The notes: generated by a model not told the origin, from the sequence alone. 64,000 nucleotides of DNA from an uncultured Candidatus Peregrinibacteria bacterium (GCA_937863435.1 CALMES010000136.1:15238-79237); one strand, 5' to 3'; shown: positions 28,282 through 39,047, counted from the stretch's first letter. A program made the numbers and translations.

Positions 28282-28977
28282 TTAATTTGGTGCTACGCAT
28301 GGAACGCTTGGATCGGCGATGCAATTCTCAGTTGGCGGAGTGCCCCGTTCGGGACAGGTCTTCGAGTAGAGACAAGCATCGTCGGTCATCTGTTTGTACT
28401 GCTCCTGCGAGGCTGTATCGCTTGAGCCGTAACTCAAAAGGATTTTATCTCCGTCCGCGAACACATACCCTGCATCCATTGGGACCGCCTTCCCGTTCAC
28501 GATCATCGTCCATCGGAACTTTCCGTCGCTGCACAAGTTCTTCGTTCGCGCAAAATCATGGACCCATCCTTGATCAAGATGTTGGAACTGGAAGTCATCT
28601 AGCTCAAAGCAGCTACTTGTCATGGTCATGCCGAGCGAATGGAAGAAATCGCCGAGCGTCAGATCCGGCTTATGGCGATGGATCACATGACCGTTTCCAT
28701 CATGGAGATGCAGATATTTGCGGTCGGGATTCACATTTTCATCATTTTCATTTTCATGGGCAAGTGCGGCGGGAATAAAATGAGGAAGCATGCTCGTCGG
28801 AGTCGGCGCTTCGGACATATACCGGGCGTCGGAGAAATCAAGCTTGTACCCGTTTACCCAGATGGCAAAATCGGCATGGACGTGGTTGGGGTCGGGATTT
28901 TTTGCCGTTTTCTTGGCACACGCTCCAAGGAGCAAGACAAGACAGAGAAGACCGATAGGCAGGATATTTCGTTTCAT
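28282..28977 (-). CDS. His-rich lipoprotein, function unknown (metal island)
   Basis: Lipobox LLLGAC, with His clusters (HVHADF, HENENDEN, HLHDGNGHVIHRH). Confidence 0.6.
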   Translation of the reverse strand: MKRNILPIGLLCLVLLLGACAKKTAKNPDPNHVHADFAIWVNGYKLDFSDARYMSEAPTPTSMLPHFIPAALAHENENDENVNPDRKYLHLHDGNGHVIHRHKPDLTLGDFFHSLGMTMTSSCFELDDFQFQHLDQGWVHDFARTKNLCSDGKFRWTMIVNGKAVPMDAGYVFADGDKILLSYGSSDTASQEQYKQMTDDACLYSKTCPERGTPPTENCIADPSVPCVAPN

Positions 28978-28995
28978 AGAATTGCAGGATCGGGA

Positions 28996-29196
28996 TTAGT
29001 TCCTCTTCATCATACCACCGCATCCGCATCCTCCGGCTTTCGCCATGCAGCCCGTATCTTGAGATGGTTGAGCAGCCGCTTGGACAGATGGAGCCGGGAC
29101 TTGTGTACTTGCGCGAACAGGTGTGATGAATGTGAAGGCGATATAGACCGAGGAGATGCCGACGAGACTCCAGAAAATGTGTTCGGAGGTGTGCAT
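28996..29196 (-). CDS. small membrane protein with a Cys/Gly-rich C-terminus
   Basis: One TM helix (IFWSLVGISSVYIAFTFI) and the tail GCMAKAGGCGCGGMM. The start is uncertain (29196 or 29214). Confidence 0.35.
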   Translation of the reverse strand: MHTSEHIFWSLVGISSVYIAFTFITPVRASTQVPAPSVQAAAQPSQDTGCMAKAGGCGCGGMMKRN

Positions 29197-29201
29197 AAAA
29201 A

Positions 29202-29486
29202 TCAGGGGAACCATCTCTGACAGTGATGCAAACATCGCACGAGGACGAAGCCGATGAGCATCCCTCCGATGTAGCTTACGATCAGACCACAAATAAAAGT
29301 GGCAAGGTTGAGGCCGACGAATCCGGCATCAAGCAGAAGAATACGGAACGTGGTCATGTGTTGGGTCTGCAATGCTGGATCAGTAATAAAGAATCCCCAG
29401 ACAAAGCAGACGACATACAGGACTGCCGAAACCATGCCGATGGCTGGCCCCCAATGGGCGTATCGATAGGACAGTGAATTGGACAT
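29202..29486 (-). CDS. membrane protein (94 aa), function unknown
   Basis: Three hydrophobic helices. Called as an ORF only. Confidence 0.5.
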   Translation of the reverse strand: MSNSLSYRYAHWGPAIGMVSAVLYVVCFVWGFFITDPALQTQHMTTFRILLLDAGFVGLNLATFICGLIVSYIGGMLIGFVLVRCLHHCQRWFP

Positions 29487-29510
29487 AAAAGAGATGGGGA
29501 AGAAATAGAG

Positions 29511-29705
29511 TTATTCGTCTTTGTGTTTGTGAGAATGGTCATGATTGCTGTGACCATGACCGTGAAAAAGGTGCATGAGCGGACACGCAAGAATGAAGAT
29601 AAACGGTGCGTAGGCGAGAACATGCTGCCAGTGCCAGATGAGCGCGCCAACCATCACGATGGCGAAGATGTAGTAGACCCAGTGGGGAATGCAGAAGTGC
29701 TTCAT
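29511..29705 (-). CDS. small membrane protein with a His-rich tail (DUF2933-like)
   Basis: Two TM helices and LMHLFHGHGHSNHDHSHKHKDE. The start overlaps the DUF302 stop codon. Confidence 0.6.
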   Translation of the reverse strand: MKHFCIPHWVYYIFAIVMVGALIWHWQHVLAYAPFIFILACPLMHLFHGHGHSNHDHSHKHKDE

Positions 29706-30136
29706 GGGTGGGGATGGGAATGATGCGGATGTAAGTGACAGATATCGTCAAAAACATTCTCCAGAGCCTCTTCGGCCTTACAGGCGCTCTCCTGTACATG
29801 AAGTCCTTTGAAAGGCTTGAGAGCGACGGACGGCAGCATCGCCGAGACTGTCGTGATGCCCTTATCCTTTTCATGCAGGACGATGTTACAGGGAAGGGCG
29901 AGGGCGACATCGGGATTCTCTTTCAATGCATCGAATGCGAGCTGCGGATTGCAAGCGCCGAGAATCTTGTGCGGCGGGTGCGATACGTTGAGTTTCTTCT
30001 TCAGTGTGGCTTGGACATCGATTTCCGTGATGATGCCGAAGTGTTCCTTGGCAAGCGCGTCCCGTACATGTTTTTCCATCTCCTCAAGAGAGAATGGGAA
30101 TGTCGCAGTGAAGCTGTAGTCAGTTGTCGGTGGCAT
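29702..30136 (-). CDS. DUF302 domain protein with a His-rich tail
   Basis: FGIITEIDVQATLKKKL...HKILGACNP...ALPCNIVL is the DUF302 pattern. The C-terminus is HLHPHHSHPHP. Confidence 0.8.
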   Translation of the reverse strand: MPPTTDYSFTATFPFSLEEMEKHVRDALAKEHFGIITEIDVQATLKKKLNVSHPPHKILGACNPQLAFDALKENPDVALALPCNIVLHEKDKGITTVSAMLPSVALKPFKGLHVQESACKAEEALENVFDDICHLHPHHSHPHP

Positions 30137-30154
30137 AAAAGTAGTGGGAAAGAA

Positions 30155-31756
30155 TTATTGAACTTTTAGTAAGCCCATCATGCCGTTGCTCAGGTGCTCT
30201 GCGATGTGGCAGTGGAACATCCAATCCCCAACGTTACTCGCATCGAGCAGAATATCCACAGTATGCCCCGCTGGGACGAGTACGGTGTCCTTCCATACAA
30301 AGTCCTTGGTCTGCACACCATTGTCGGAAAGCACGAGGAAGCGCTGCCCGTGGAAGTGAATCGGGTGTTGCATCGGGTGTGGAGCGTCCTTCTTGTTGAT
30401 GATGCGGATTTTGACTCTGTCGCCAACCTTGGCTGTATACACCAAATCTTTGTTTGTAGCGCCAGTCGCCTGATCGATCATTTTCCACTGCATCATATTG
30501 CCCATCATGGTCGTATTCATCATTCCTGCCGCGTCCTCCCATTCGATGCCGTCCTTTGGAATCTCTGCCATCATCCCCCCTCCACCCATCATGCCGTTTC
30601 CCATCATATCCATGTCGAGCACGAGCGTGTAGTCAGGTGCCTTGTCGAAAGAAGAACGGAAAGCGTCGATGTCTTTGCTTACATCTGCGTGAGACGCAAG
30701 TTGAGCAAACTGCGTTGCGTAGGATGTTGCTACGGCATTGTTGCTTACAGTCACTGCACCCAGCGTGTAGGAACGATCGGGTGTCTGGTGAGAGAATGTG
30801 TAGTTGCCCGGCTTCTCGAACAGCACATCGACGATGGCACGTTCGGACGGACTGAGAATCACAGAGTCCACAAATTGTTCCTTTTCGTAGCGTCCGTTGT
30901 CGCCGCCGACGAGTTTCATCTTCGCTCCGCCGAAATTGAATCTGAACGTGCGGGTATTAGCGGTATTCGTCAGATAGAACCGGAAGACATCTCCCTTGGA
31001 CACATCCAACTTGTAATCGGTTTGTCCGTTCACAAGCATGATGTTTCCGAAGCGTCCCATGAGCGTGTGATCCGCCTGACTTGTTCCATACGGAACGGGA
31101 TCGCCGTTTCGATCCAGCAGGAGGTCGGTTACGGCTAGCGCCTCATCATGGTTGACGGGGCTATATGCCTTCGTATCCGCTGGGGTGACAAGGATGTTCC
31201 CGTAGAGACCCATCGGCTGCTCCAAATCCTCACGGACGTGCGTGTGATACCAGTAGATGCCTTCGTCGGGCACTTTAATCTTATATTGATACGAAGCACC
31301 GGGAGCAATAACTTCCTGCGTTACGCCGTCAGTTCCGTCGCTGGCATTGTCCAGACGGATGCCATGCCAGTGGATGGTCGTCGGCAGATCGATGTTGTTC
31401 GTGACATTCACTGTGAAGGCCGATCCCTGTTTTACTTTCAGGAGCGGACCCGGGATTTCCCCGTTGTAGCCATACATCGCAATCTCCTTTCCGTTGATTG
31501 TCTTACGGACCAGGGTCGGATTGAGTGAAATCGTCTGGCCGTCCTGTACCTCGATGACGCTCGATGACGTGGCTTCGGGAAGGGAGGAAGGATCTTCGTT
31601 CCGCCTAGGCAGGAGGTCGGTTGTTTGGGTTTGGTTATTTCCCATCATGCCCTGATTCCCATGCATCATTCCTCCATTGCCCATCTGATTGAGACTGGTT
31701 GGAGCACACGCAGCGAGGAGAACTGTGCCGATGATGAGAAATGAGTTGTATTTCAT
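30155..31756 (-). CDS. multicopper oxidase (CopA/CueO-like) with Met-rich inserts
   Basis: Copper ligand motifs HWHG, WYHTH, HPIHFHG and HCHIAEHLSNGMM. Met-rich stretches (MMGNGMMGGGGMM; MMNTTMMGNMMQW). Lipoprotein-type signal LLAAC. Confidence 0.9.
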   Translation of the reverse strand: MKYNSFLIIGTVLLAACAPTSLNQMGNGGMMHGNQGMMGNNQTQTTDLLPRRNEDPSSLPEATSSSVIEVQDGQTISLNPTLVRKTINGKEIAMYGYNGEIPGPLLKVKQGSAFTVNVTNNIDLPTTIHWHGIRLDNASDGTDGVTQEVIAPGASYQYKIKVPDEGIYWYHTHVREDLEQPMGLYGNILVTPADTKAYSPVNHDEALAVTDLLLDRNGDPVPYGTSQADHTLMGRFGNIMLVNGQTDYKLDVSKGDVFRFYLTNTANTRTFRFNFGGAKMKLVGGDNGRYEKEQFVDSVILSPSERAIVDVLFEKPGNYTFSHQTPDRSYTLGAVTVSNNAVATSYATQFAQLASHADVSKDIDAFRSSFDKAPDYTLVLDMDMMGNGMMGGGGMMAEIPKDGIEWEDAAGMMNTTMMGNMMQWKMIDQATGATNKDLVYTAKVGDRVKIRIINKKDAPHPMQHPIHFHGQRFLVLSDNGVQTKDFVWKDTVLVPAGHTVDILLDASNVGDWMFHCHIAEHLSNGMMGLLKVQ

Positions 31757-32208
31757 ACGGGGCGGAAGAAACGGAAAGTAAGAAACAGTGAGATCGGAGG
31801 AATAACCGTCATCTGCAAAACGGGCATCAGACCTATGCCACCGAATAGAAGTGGCATGGAGCCGTATTGCCAGCGGTGCGCAACAAAAACTGCCCACCAT
31901 TCAAATGCTGCGGCAAAGACACCTCCAAGAACAATCAATATGATCCATGTAAGCGGCGGACGGAGGATTGATGATTCGTTTAGCCAGAACAGATTGCGGT
32001 GGATGAGAGCAATCGCGAGATAGAGTGCGAACATGAAAATCAGATCTCCTAATGCGCCCCGAAGACAAATCCAAAAGTGCTGTGAGAACGAAATATAGCC
32101 CCGATAGAGAGGAGCTTGTAGATTCTCCCACAGCAGGTGAAGGAGGAAACTGATACCGAAGAACAGTGTTATTGGGGCAAGCCGCTGTCTGGTGAGAATG
32201 GCAATCAC
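31753..32208 (-). CDS. membrane protein (151 aa), function unknown
   Basis: Four or five TM helices. The start overlaps the copA stop and the stop overlaps the MCO start. Confidence 0.55.
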   Translation of the reverse strand: MIAILTRQRLAPITLFFGISFLLHLLWENLQAPLYRGYISFSQHFWICLRGALGDLIFMFALYLAIALIHRNLFWLNESSILRPPLTWIILIVLGGVFAAAFEWWAVFVAHRWQYGSMPLLFGGIGLMPVLQMTVIPPISLFLTFRFFRPV

Positions 32209-34532
32209 GAGCTGATTTTTGCAAATAAAATAAAGAGGGCTGTAAATCCAATTGCCATGAAGATAGGTGCAAAATCCGAGAGCCAGTTGCGCTTGGTTGG
32301 ATGGAAACCTTTCAGGAGTAGTGAGTTCGTTACGACAGCGACGGAACTGAACGCCATTGCAAACCCCGCGAGCTCTGGCCGTAGAACGACCCCGAAGTCT
32401 ATGAATGCCCGTGCCGCAATCGGAATACCGATCACGTTGAAGAACAGCGCGAAGAACATGTTTTGATGGATCTTGTTCACCGTAGCGCGACTGAGCTTGA
32501 TCGCGGTCACGACATCACGCAGATCGTTCTTCACAAGCACGATGCCGCCGGTTTCCATCGCAATGTCTGTTCCACTTCCCATGGCAATACCAAGGTCTGC
32601 TTGTGCGAGCGCGGGGCTATCGTTGATGCCGTCTCCGACCATCACGACTTTTTTGTCTTGTTCCTGCAATTTCTTCACTTCACTCGCTTTCTGTTCGGGG
32701 AGAACCTCCGCGAGCACGTTCTGAATGCCGATGCTCAAAGCGATTGCGCGTGCCGTTCGACCGTTGTCACCCGTAATCATGTAGACCTCGATGCCCATCT
32801 GCCGTAGTCGATTCACGGCTTCTTTCGATGTCTCTTTCAATGTATCGGCTACGGCAATGATGCCGATCACTTTGCTCTTGTCCGCAAGTAACATGGCGGT
32901 CTTCCCTGCTTCTTCAAATTTTTGCAAAGCACTCTCGTTATCTTTGATACTGATGTTCTGTTTCTCCATCAACTTTCGATTGCCGAGGAAAAACAACTCA
33001 CCGCCAATTGATCCTTCCACCCCATGTCCGGGGATTGCCTTGAAATTCTCCGCACTGGATAGTGAGAGATTTTTATTTTTTGCATCTTTGACGATGCTCT
33101 CCGCAAGCGGGTGTTCTGAACCTTGTTCGAGGCTCGCAGCGATACCCAGCACTTTTTCTTCAGTGCTCTGGAACGAGAGGATATCGGTAACTTCCGGTTT
33201 CCCCTTTGTCAGTGTGCCCGTCTTGTCGAACACGATGGCAGAAATCTTGTTTGCGGCTTCCAATGGCTCTCCACCACGAATCAGAATGCCATTCTCAGCC
33301 CCCTTGCCCGTGGCGACCATGATGGCCGTGGGAGTCGCAAGTCCGAGGGCACATGGGCATGCAATGACGAGAACTGAGACAGCGGAAAGGAGAGCGAAGG
33401 TGAAGCCCATTCCAAGGAACATCCAAACAAACAAAGTAAGGATTGCAACTCCAATAACCGCAGGAACGAACCATGAAGAAACCCAGTCCGCGAAGTCTTG
33501 AATGGGTGCCTTGGAACCCTGTGCCTCTTCAACAAAACGGATGATCTGTGCGAGTGCTGTTTCACTACCCACTTTTTCCGCTTTGAACTCGATACTGCCA
33601 TTCCCGTTCATCGTTGCACCAAAAACGCGATCTCCGCCTTTCTTCTCTATGGGAATACTTTCGCCCGTGAGCATGGATTCATCAACAGAGGTGAGGCCTT
33701 TGGTCACTGTTCCATCAACGGGAATCTTTTCGCCCGGACGAACGATTACGATATCGCCCACTTGCACCTCCTCCATCGGAATATCGACTGCCTCTCCGTT
33801 ACGCAGTACTCGTGCCGTCTTTGCTTGCAGCCCCATGAGCTTCTGAATCGCTTCTGAAGTTGCTCCTTTCGCTCGTGATTCCAACCATTTCCCAAGAAGA
33901 ACGAACGTGATGAGCAAAGCTGCGACCTCAAAGTAAAGGTCGTGCATCTCACCAACGATCATTCCTTCGGCGAGGAAGTGCGTGATGAAGTTGTACAGAC
34001 TGTAAAAATACGCTGTAGAAGTACCGATAGTAATCAGGCTATCCATGCTGAACGTACCCATCTTCAAGCTCGACCAGAAACCTTTGTAAAAACCAGCGCC
34101 GAGCCAGAACTGCACGGGGGTTGCCAGAATCAATGAAGTAATTCCCGCGTACGGCATTAGCACGAATATCAAGGGCAATGCTGGCAGGAATGAGCCAAGC
34201 ATGAAGTACAACATTGGCAGACTCAGGATGAGTCCTGTGAAGAACTTGTTACGGTAGTCGACAATCTCTGCTTCACGTCTCTGCCGATCCATCTCCACGC
34301 CGTGATGACCGTGCTCATGCCGCATCTCAGCACCATAACCTGCTGATTTCACGGCAGCAATGAGTCCTACCTCATTGATTTGGGCAGGGTCATACCGTAC
34401 CCGCGCCTTGTTCGCGGCATAGTTTACATTCGCTTCTTCCACACCCGGAGTTTTCTTGAGCTTGCGGGTGATGAGAGCACTGCAACTGGCGCAGTGCATG
34501 CCGATGATAGTGAGATCGCATTGAGTACTCAT
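32205..34532 (-). CDS. copA: copper-translocating P1B-1 ATPase
   Basis: N-terminal HMA (GMHCASC), [26 protein letters not shown] and [10 protein letters not shown]. Confidence 0.95.
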   Translation of the reverse strand: MSTQCDLTIIGMHCASCSALITRKLKKTPGVEEANVNYAANKARVRYDPAQINEVGLIAAVKSAGYGAEMRHEHGHHGVEMDRQRREAEIVDYRNKFFTGLILSLPMLYFMLGSFLPALPLIFVLMPYAGITSLILATPVQFWLGAGFYKGFWSSLKMGTFSMDSLITIGTSTAYFYSLYNFITHFLAEGMIVGEMHDLYFEVAALLITFVLLGKWLESRAKGATSEAIQKLMGLQAKTARVLRNGEAVDIPMEEVQVGDIVIVRPGEKIPVDGTVTKGLTSVDESMLTGESIPIEKKGGDRVFGATMNGNGSIEFKAEKVGSETALAQIIRFVEEAQGSKAPIQDFADWVSSWFVPAVIGVAILTLFVWMFLGMGFTFALLSAVSVLVIACPCALGLATPTAIMVATGKGAENGILIRGGEPLEAANKISAIVFDKTGTLTKGKPEVTDILSFQSTEEKVLGIAASLEQGSEHPLAESIVKDAKNKNLSLSSAENFKAIPGHGVEGSIGGELFFLGNRKLMEKQNISIKDNESALQKFEEAGKTAMLLADKSKVIGIIAVADTLKETSKEAVNRLRQMGIEVYMITGDNGRTARAIALSIGIQNVLAEVLPEQKASEVKKLQEQDKKVVMVGDGINDSPALAQADLGIAMGSGTDIAMETGGIVLVKNDLRDVVTAIKLSRATVNKIHQNMFFALFFNVIGIPIAARAFIDFGVVLRPELAGFAMAFSSVAVVTNSLLLKGFHPTKRNWLSDFAPIFMAIGFTALFILFAKISS

Positions 34533-34744
34533 GAGGTGGGGAGAATTTTGTACTTCGGGTCGAGTGCTTCGATTTCTGTTGCCCATTTTTGCATATCGAA
34601 ACTTTCATCATGGTTGAGTGTGACGTTCTTCGTATCAACATCGACATTGATGCTCTTGATCGAAGGGAATTCACTACTCACATCTTTGATGAGTGCCGCA
34701 CATGAAGCGCAGTGCATGCCGGGGATGGAAACAGTTGTTCGCAT
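34529..34744 (-). CDS. copZ: copper chaperone, HMA domain (CopZ-like)
   Basis: 71 aa with [13 protein letters not shown]. Its stop overlaps the copA start. Confidence 0.85.
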   Translation of the reverse strand: MRTTVSIPGMHCASCAALIKDVSSEFPSIKSINVDVDTKNVTLNHDESFDMQKWATEIEALDPKYKILPTS

Positions 34745-34769
34745 AAGAGATTCGGAAGAGAAATTAGGA

Positions 34770-35564
34770 TTATAGCATCGCATCGATTGCTGCTTTGAAA
34801 TTCGCAAACGGTTGTGCGCCATTGATAAATTGCTGCTTCTGGGTTTTGAGATTCAGAACGAAGCTCCCGGGAGTTCCACTGACGCCTGCTGCCTGGCCGG
34901 CAGTCTCTTCATCTTGGACATGCTTGGCGTATTTGCCGGTATCGAGACAATCTTTGAATTTCGATTCATTGAGACCGAGTTCTTTTGCAAGCGGGACAAG
35001 ATTATCAAGCGGGAAGCCGGTGCCATTGGATGTCGTGCGTTCAAGGATCGCATCGTGATATTCCCAGAATTTTCCCTGATCTTCCGCGCAATCAGAGGCC
35101 TCTGCTTCTTTCTGCGCATTCGCATGGAAGCTCAGAGGAAAATGACGGTAGACGATCATCACTTTGTCCCCATAGTCCTTGCTGATCTGCTCCATCGTCG
35201 GTTCGACTCGCTTGCAGAATGGACACTCAAAATCCGAGTACTCGATGACCGCAATCGTTGCCTTCGCATTGCCGCGGATGTGATCTTTCTTGAAATCAAT
35301 TGCCGGTACCGTTGCTGCGACAGCCTGAGGAACGGGAGCCTGAGCTTGCGGAGCAGGTTGCGCTTGAGCGGCCGGAGCCTGTGCCACTTGCTGGGCAGAG
35401 GGGTTATTCGTTCCATTTGCAAGCGGGATTCTTCCACTCAGGACACTGGTGGCAACGAAGCCGACAATCATACCCATGAGCCCCATCGCTACACCGAACC
35501 AGATGTTCGTGCCGCCGGATCCGGCACTTCCGGAATGTTTCTGTTCTTGCCAATTGAGAGCCAT
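34770..35564 (-). CDS. DsbA-family thiol:disulfide oxidoreductase, membrane-anchored
   Basis: A TM helix, an Ala/Pro/Gln linker, and a thioredoxin-fold CPFC active site (FECPFCKR). Confidence 0.85.
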   Translation of the reverse strand: MALNWQEQKHSGSAGSGGTNIWFGVAMGLMGMIVGFVATSVLSGRIPLANGTNNPSAQQVAQAPAAQAQPAPQAQAPVPQAVAATVPAIDFKKDHIRGNAKATIAVIEYSDFECPFCKRVEPTMEQISKDYGDKVMIVYRHFPLSFHANAQKEAEASDCAEDQGKFWEYHDAILERTTSNGTGFPLDNLVPLAKELGLNESKFKDCLDTGKYAKHVQDEETAGQAAGVSGTPGSFVLNLKTQKQQFINGAQPFANFKAAIDAML

Positions 35565-35582
35565 AAAATGAGAAGAAAGGAA

Positions 35583-37184
35583 TTAAAGAACGGTGAATGA
35601 GCCGCGTACCATACCCATGGAACAGCTGAATGCGAGTTGGCCAGGATTGGGTGCAGTGAAATCAATTTCATTGATGCCGGTCGAAAGTGACTTCACGATA
35701 TTGAGATCAGGAATCACGATCTGGCTTGTGCAGCCGATAGCTCCGGCACCGTCTACCATCCACTTCACAGGCACTCCAGCTTTGATCGTAATGTTGCTCG
35801 GCTCATACCCATAACGAGTGACTTTCATGGCGACTTCCTGCACGCCGCCCGTGATGACGGGGGCTGATCCGACGGCAGCTGGTGGACCCTGAAGAATTGA
35901 TGAGAAATTGAATCCCGTTAATGCGAAACCGCTATTTAAATTGAAGAACGCAAGAACAAGCACGAGTGCCCCCGAAAATCGAAGAAACAGGCGTGACGTA
36001 GCTCCTTTCGTCGTCGATGAAACGGCACTCAAACCGATCAGTGACGGAAGCGTACCGAGCGCGAAAATGAACATCGTCAGAGCACCCGTGAGAAAGCTTC
36101 CCGACGCGAGTGCGACAAGCTGAAGCGATTGTGTGAATCCACACGGCAAAAAGAAGGTGAATGCGCCCAGCGCAAATGGTGCGGCGGGATGTTCACTTTC
36201 CGAGAGATTATGAATCCAGCGTGAGAGTTTTTTTGGCGGACGGATGGGGAAACTGCCTTTCGGAATGATTTGGAGAATCGTCAGAGCCAGCCACAGCATG
36301 ATCAATGCCACGGCGATGCTCATGTAACCGGACATCTTGGGGGAGAGAGTCACAGATTGACCGATGACTCCTACAACGCCACCGAGGACGAAGTAGGAAA
36401 CGAGCCGTCCGAGATTAAAGTGCAGAAGCGGCTTGAATTTCTCCCAGCTGGTTTCGGCCTGATGCAGCTCATTGTGTTTCGCGGCGAGTGCAAGAAGCAG
36501 GCCGCCGGTGACGGCAAGACAGCTGCTCGTTCCGGCGACGAGGCCGATGACAAAGATCCCTCCGAGTGAGAGTGCGCCCGACGTCGAAGGTGCAAGGGAA
36601 ACAAGGTCGAATGCCAATAGGAGTTTATAGATGGCGAAAATGATGAGTAGCGATCCGCCGATTTCGATCCATTTATTATGCGAAAGTTCAATAACAGACG
36701 GGGCTTCATCAGGACGTCGCAGATGGTATCCGGCATTTTCTACCGCATCGCGCAGATCATCCCAATCGGGCATCTGCGAAAAATGGATTTTCGCCGTACC
36801 TCGTTGATATTGAATGGAGGCACTTTTCACGCCCGCTACATGCTTCAGTCTTTTCTTGATGATGTGCTCAGAGTCCTTCGAGGTCATGCCATCGATACAG
36901 ACGTCGAGTATCCCATTCTGCATCACGGGACAGGCCTCATTGCTTGCCGGCTCATCTCCAATGCCATATCCGGCTTTTCTGATCACATCTTCAACTTCTT
37001 CGGAGGACGGAAGCGCGTCTTTGTTCGCCGTGATCATGGCGACACCCTTTCGATAGTTTACATCGACTTTGAGAACACCCGGAACGCTCTTGAGTTTGCG
37101 TTCGAGCAGCAATTCGCAGCTGCCGCATGTCATGCCTGAGATGCGGACTTCTGCGGTGAGTTGTTTCGATTCGGACATAGGCAA
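35583..37184 (-). CDS. fusion protein: 2 x HMA + DsbD/CcdA-like polytopic membrane domain + C-terminal cupredoxin-like domain
   Basis: First HMA GMTCGSC, second HMA-like domain without CxxC, about 6 TM helices (SSCLAVTGG, FFLPCGFTQ), and a C-terminus ending KAGVPVKWMVDG...CTSQIVIP...FSCSMGMVRG. Confidence 0.75.
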   Translation of the reverse strand: MPMSESKQLTAEVRISGMTCGSCELLLERKLKSVPGVLKVDVNYRKGVAMITANKDALPSSEEVEDVIRKAGYGIGDEPASNEACPVMQNGILDVCIDGMTSKDSEHIIKKRLKHVAGVKSASIQYQRGTAKIHFSQMPDWDDLRDAVENAGYHLRRPDEAPSVIELSHNKWIEIGGSLLIIFAIYKLLLAFDLVSLAPSTSGALSLGGIFVIGLVAGTSSCLAVTGGLLLALAAKHNELHQAETSWEKFKPLLHFNLGRLVSYFVLGGVVGVIGQSVTLSPKMSGYMSIAVALIMLWLALTILQIIPKGSFPIRPPKKLSRWIHNLSESEHPAAPFALGAFTFFLPCGFTQSLQLVALASGSFLTGALTMFIFALGTLPSLIGLSAVSSTTKGATSRLFLRFSGALVLVLAFFNLNSGFALTGFNFSSILQGPPAAVGSAPVITGGVQEVAMKVTRYGYEPSNITIKAGVPVKWMVDGAGAIGCTSQIVIPDLNIVKSLSTGINEIDFTAPNPGQLAFSCSMGMVRGSFTVL

Positions 37185-37247
37185 GGGAAGAAAGATACAA
37201 AATAAGAACCGGATGAATATCCGGCACTTTATTGGCTACCTATCCCT

Positions 37248-37652
37248 TCATTGAATCATCACAACACTTCTCGCAAGCGCAAGATTACTCGGTGGTGCGG
37301 TTGAAGTCGTGATCTTCTGAGTGGCATGTGTAGGTTCGTTGATCGCGAGAAAGGCTGGAACCAAGGCAACCGCCAAGTGATGCACAGATGAGGCTGGGAT
37401 AATTGCAGAAACACTGTCATGCGCTTTGGCGAGGCAGTGTCCGGCGCAGTTATTCATCGGATTGCTGTTCTGCTGATCGACATGAGTGCAGTGTTCGCAG
37501 TGGAGAGGAGACATCGGAGCCATTGGCGTCATATTCATTTCCATCGCCTCTTCTTCCTGCATCGGCATCGGGGCTGCATATGCCATCGGCATCATACAAA
37601 AAGTGCCGAGCAAAACATGAGTGACGAAGCCGACGCTGACGAGAATTTTCAT
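37248..37652 (-). CDS. secreted Met/His/Cys-rich protein (putative metal-binding)
   Basis: Signal peptide, then PMPMQEEEAMEMNMTPMAPMSPLHCEHCTH...NCAGHC. Confidence 0.5.
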   Translation of the reverse strand: MKILVSVGFVTHVLLGTFCMMPMAYAAPMPMQEEEAMEMNMTPMAPMSPLHCEHCTHVDQQNSNPMNNCAGHCLAKAHDSVSAIIPASSVHHLAVALVPAFLAINEPTHATQKITTSTAPPSNLALARSVVMIQ

Positions 37653-37827
37653 ATGTGCTTGAAGGCATTATAGATGTCTTTCTGAATCTCAGGAAGTTGT
37701 AATCCCTACAGGCACAGGAAGCCAATATACGGAGGAAAGACTCGCAAATTATTGACAGGCCTTCACATAATAATAGTCTTATTAAGTGCAAAGAATTGCA
37801 CGCCTTACCTCGTTCTCAATTGCCTAC

Positions 37828-38967
37828 ATGGCTACAGACACACCGACCCTCACCAAACCTCCGGTTTGCGATCAGCAGACGCCGTTTCTCCAACAGAAGT
37901 TACGACCGGTAGACTGGTTTATCGACTACTGCAAAGAACAGGAGCTCCATGTGACACAGAAAGATCTGGAGGAACTGCATCGTGAAGGCATACTGTTCCC
38001 GGCTGCGAGGATCGATTTCGGTTACTGCATCTTCCGGAAAATCCGTGCGCACTTTGATGACGCAGAGAAAGCGGAATGGCGCTTTGTTGCCGAAGTGCAG
38101 ATGGATCACTTCAAGGCCGATGCCGTCGAAATTCAACGGTACTACTCGACCGAATCGTTGATGATGAGCAGCGATGACTGGCTCAAGTGGTATTCCGTTC
38201 GCTATCCCGCTTCCGAGGCATATGAACCATGGAAGCCAAGAACACATGTTGATTTCACGACCAATCTTGCCGAAGCAAATGACTCGTATGTGTATCTCTA
38301 TGACAAACGACAGGCGATTGCTTTGCGTATGATTGCAAATTCACTTACCTATCGTAGTCATCTTTCACCTCATAGTATTGCAGGATGCGCGAAGTTTCTG
38401 CGCGAGCGAGTCAGTGATTTCAATCGCTTCCTCAGTTTTTATCTCGCCGCAGAGGAAATGCATGCGCGTTGGATCAAGCATGGTAGAGAGAAGTATCAGG
38501 AATATGCCAAACAATTCGATGAGGCCAGTGCGCAACGCGAGTGGGAACTCGACTTCCGCGATACGCAACTGACGGGTATCTGCAAAGAAGCCGAGGAACT
38601 TTTGGTACTGCATGCCATGACTGATGGCAAGGTTGAGCACTGGCAGGGTGAACTTGCCCGATGCGGAATACTGCATTCCGAAAAACTGACGAAAAATTAT
38701 CTTTTGGAGATCGATGAAAATACGCTCAAATCGACCGAAGATGCCAATCATATGATCTTCATTCTTGGTCAGCTTCTCTTCGCCATCGGAGGCGATGAAA
38801 AGCCGCTCAGGGAACTTCTTAGGGGTTTCACCGTACGTAATCGTTGCACCGTTTGCCATCACCCTTTTGAACCCAAGCGCGAGTCGCAAGTGACATGTGG
38901 AGAGAAAATGTGTATCGACACGCATCGTAATAAGGTGAAACAATTGAAACGTAAGCGCAAGCGTTAA
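37828..38967 (+). CDS. hypothetical protein with a C-terminal zinc ribbon and basic tail
   Basis: Called as an ORF only. The C-terminus reads CTVCHHPF...VTCGEKMC...KVKQLKRKRKR. Confidence 0.55.
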   Translation: MATDTPTLTKPPVCDQQTPFLQQKLRPVDWFIDYCKEQELHVTQKDLEELHREGILFPAARIDFGYCIFRKIRAHFDDAEKAEWRFVAEVQMDHFKADAVEIQRYYSTESLMMSSDDWLKWYSVRYPASEAYEPWKPRTHVDFTTNLAEANDSYVYLYDKRQAIALRMIANSLTYRSHLSPHSIAGCAKFLRERVSDFNRFLSFYLAAEEMHARWIKHGREKYQEYAKQFDEASAQREWELDFRDTQLTGICKEAEELLVLHAMTDGKVEHWQGELARCGILHSEKLTKNYLLEIDENTLKSTEDANHMIFILGQLLFAIGGDEKPLRELLRGFTVRNRCTVCHHPFEPKRESQVTCGEKMCIDTHRNKVKQLKRKRKR

Positions 38968-39047
38968 CGCGGCACGCAAGCGGCACACAGCCAAAACAGC
39001 GGACAAAGGCCTATAAGGAGCACGCTACTCGTTCCTCCTTTTTCTTT

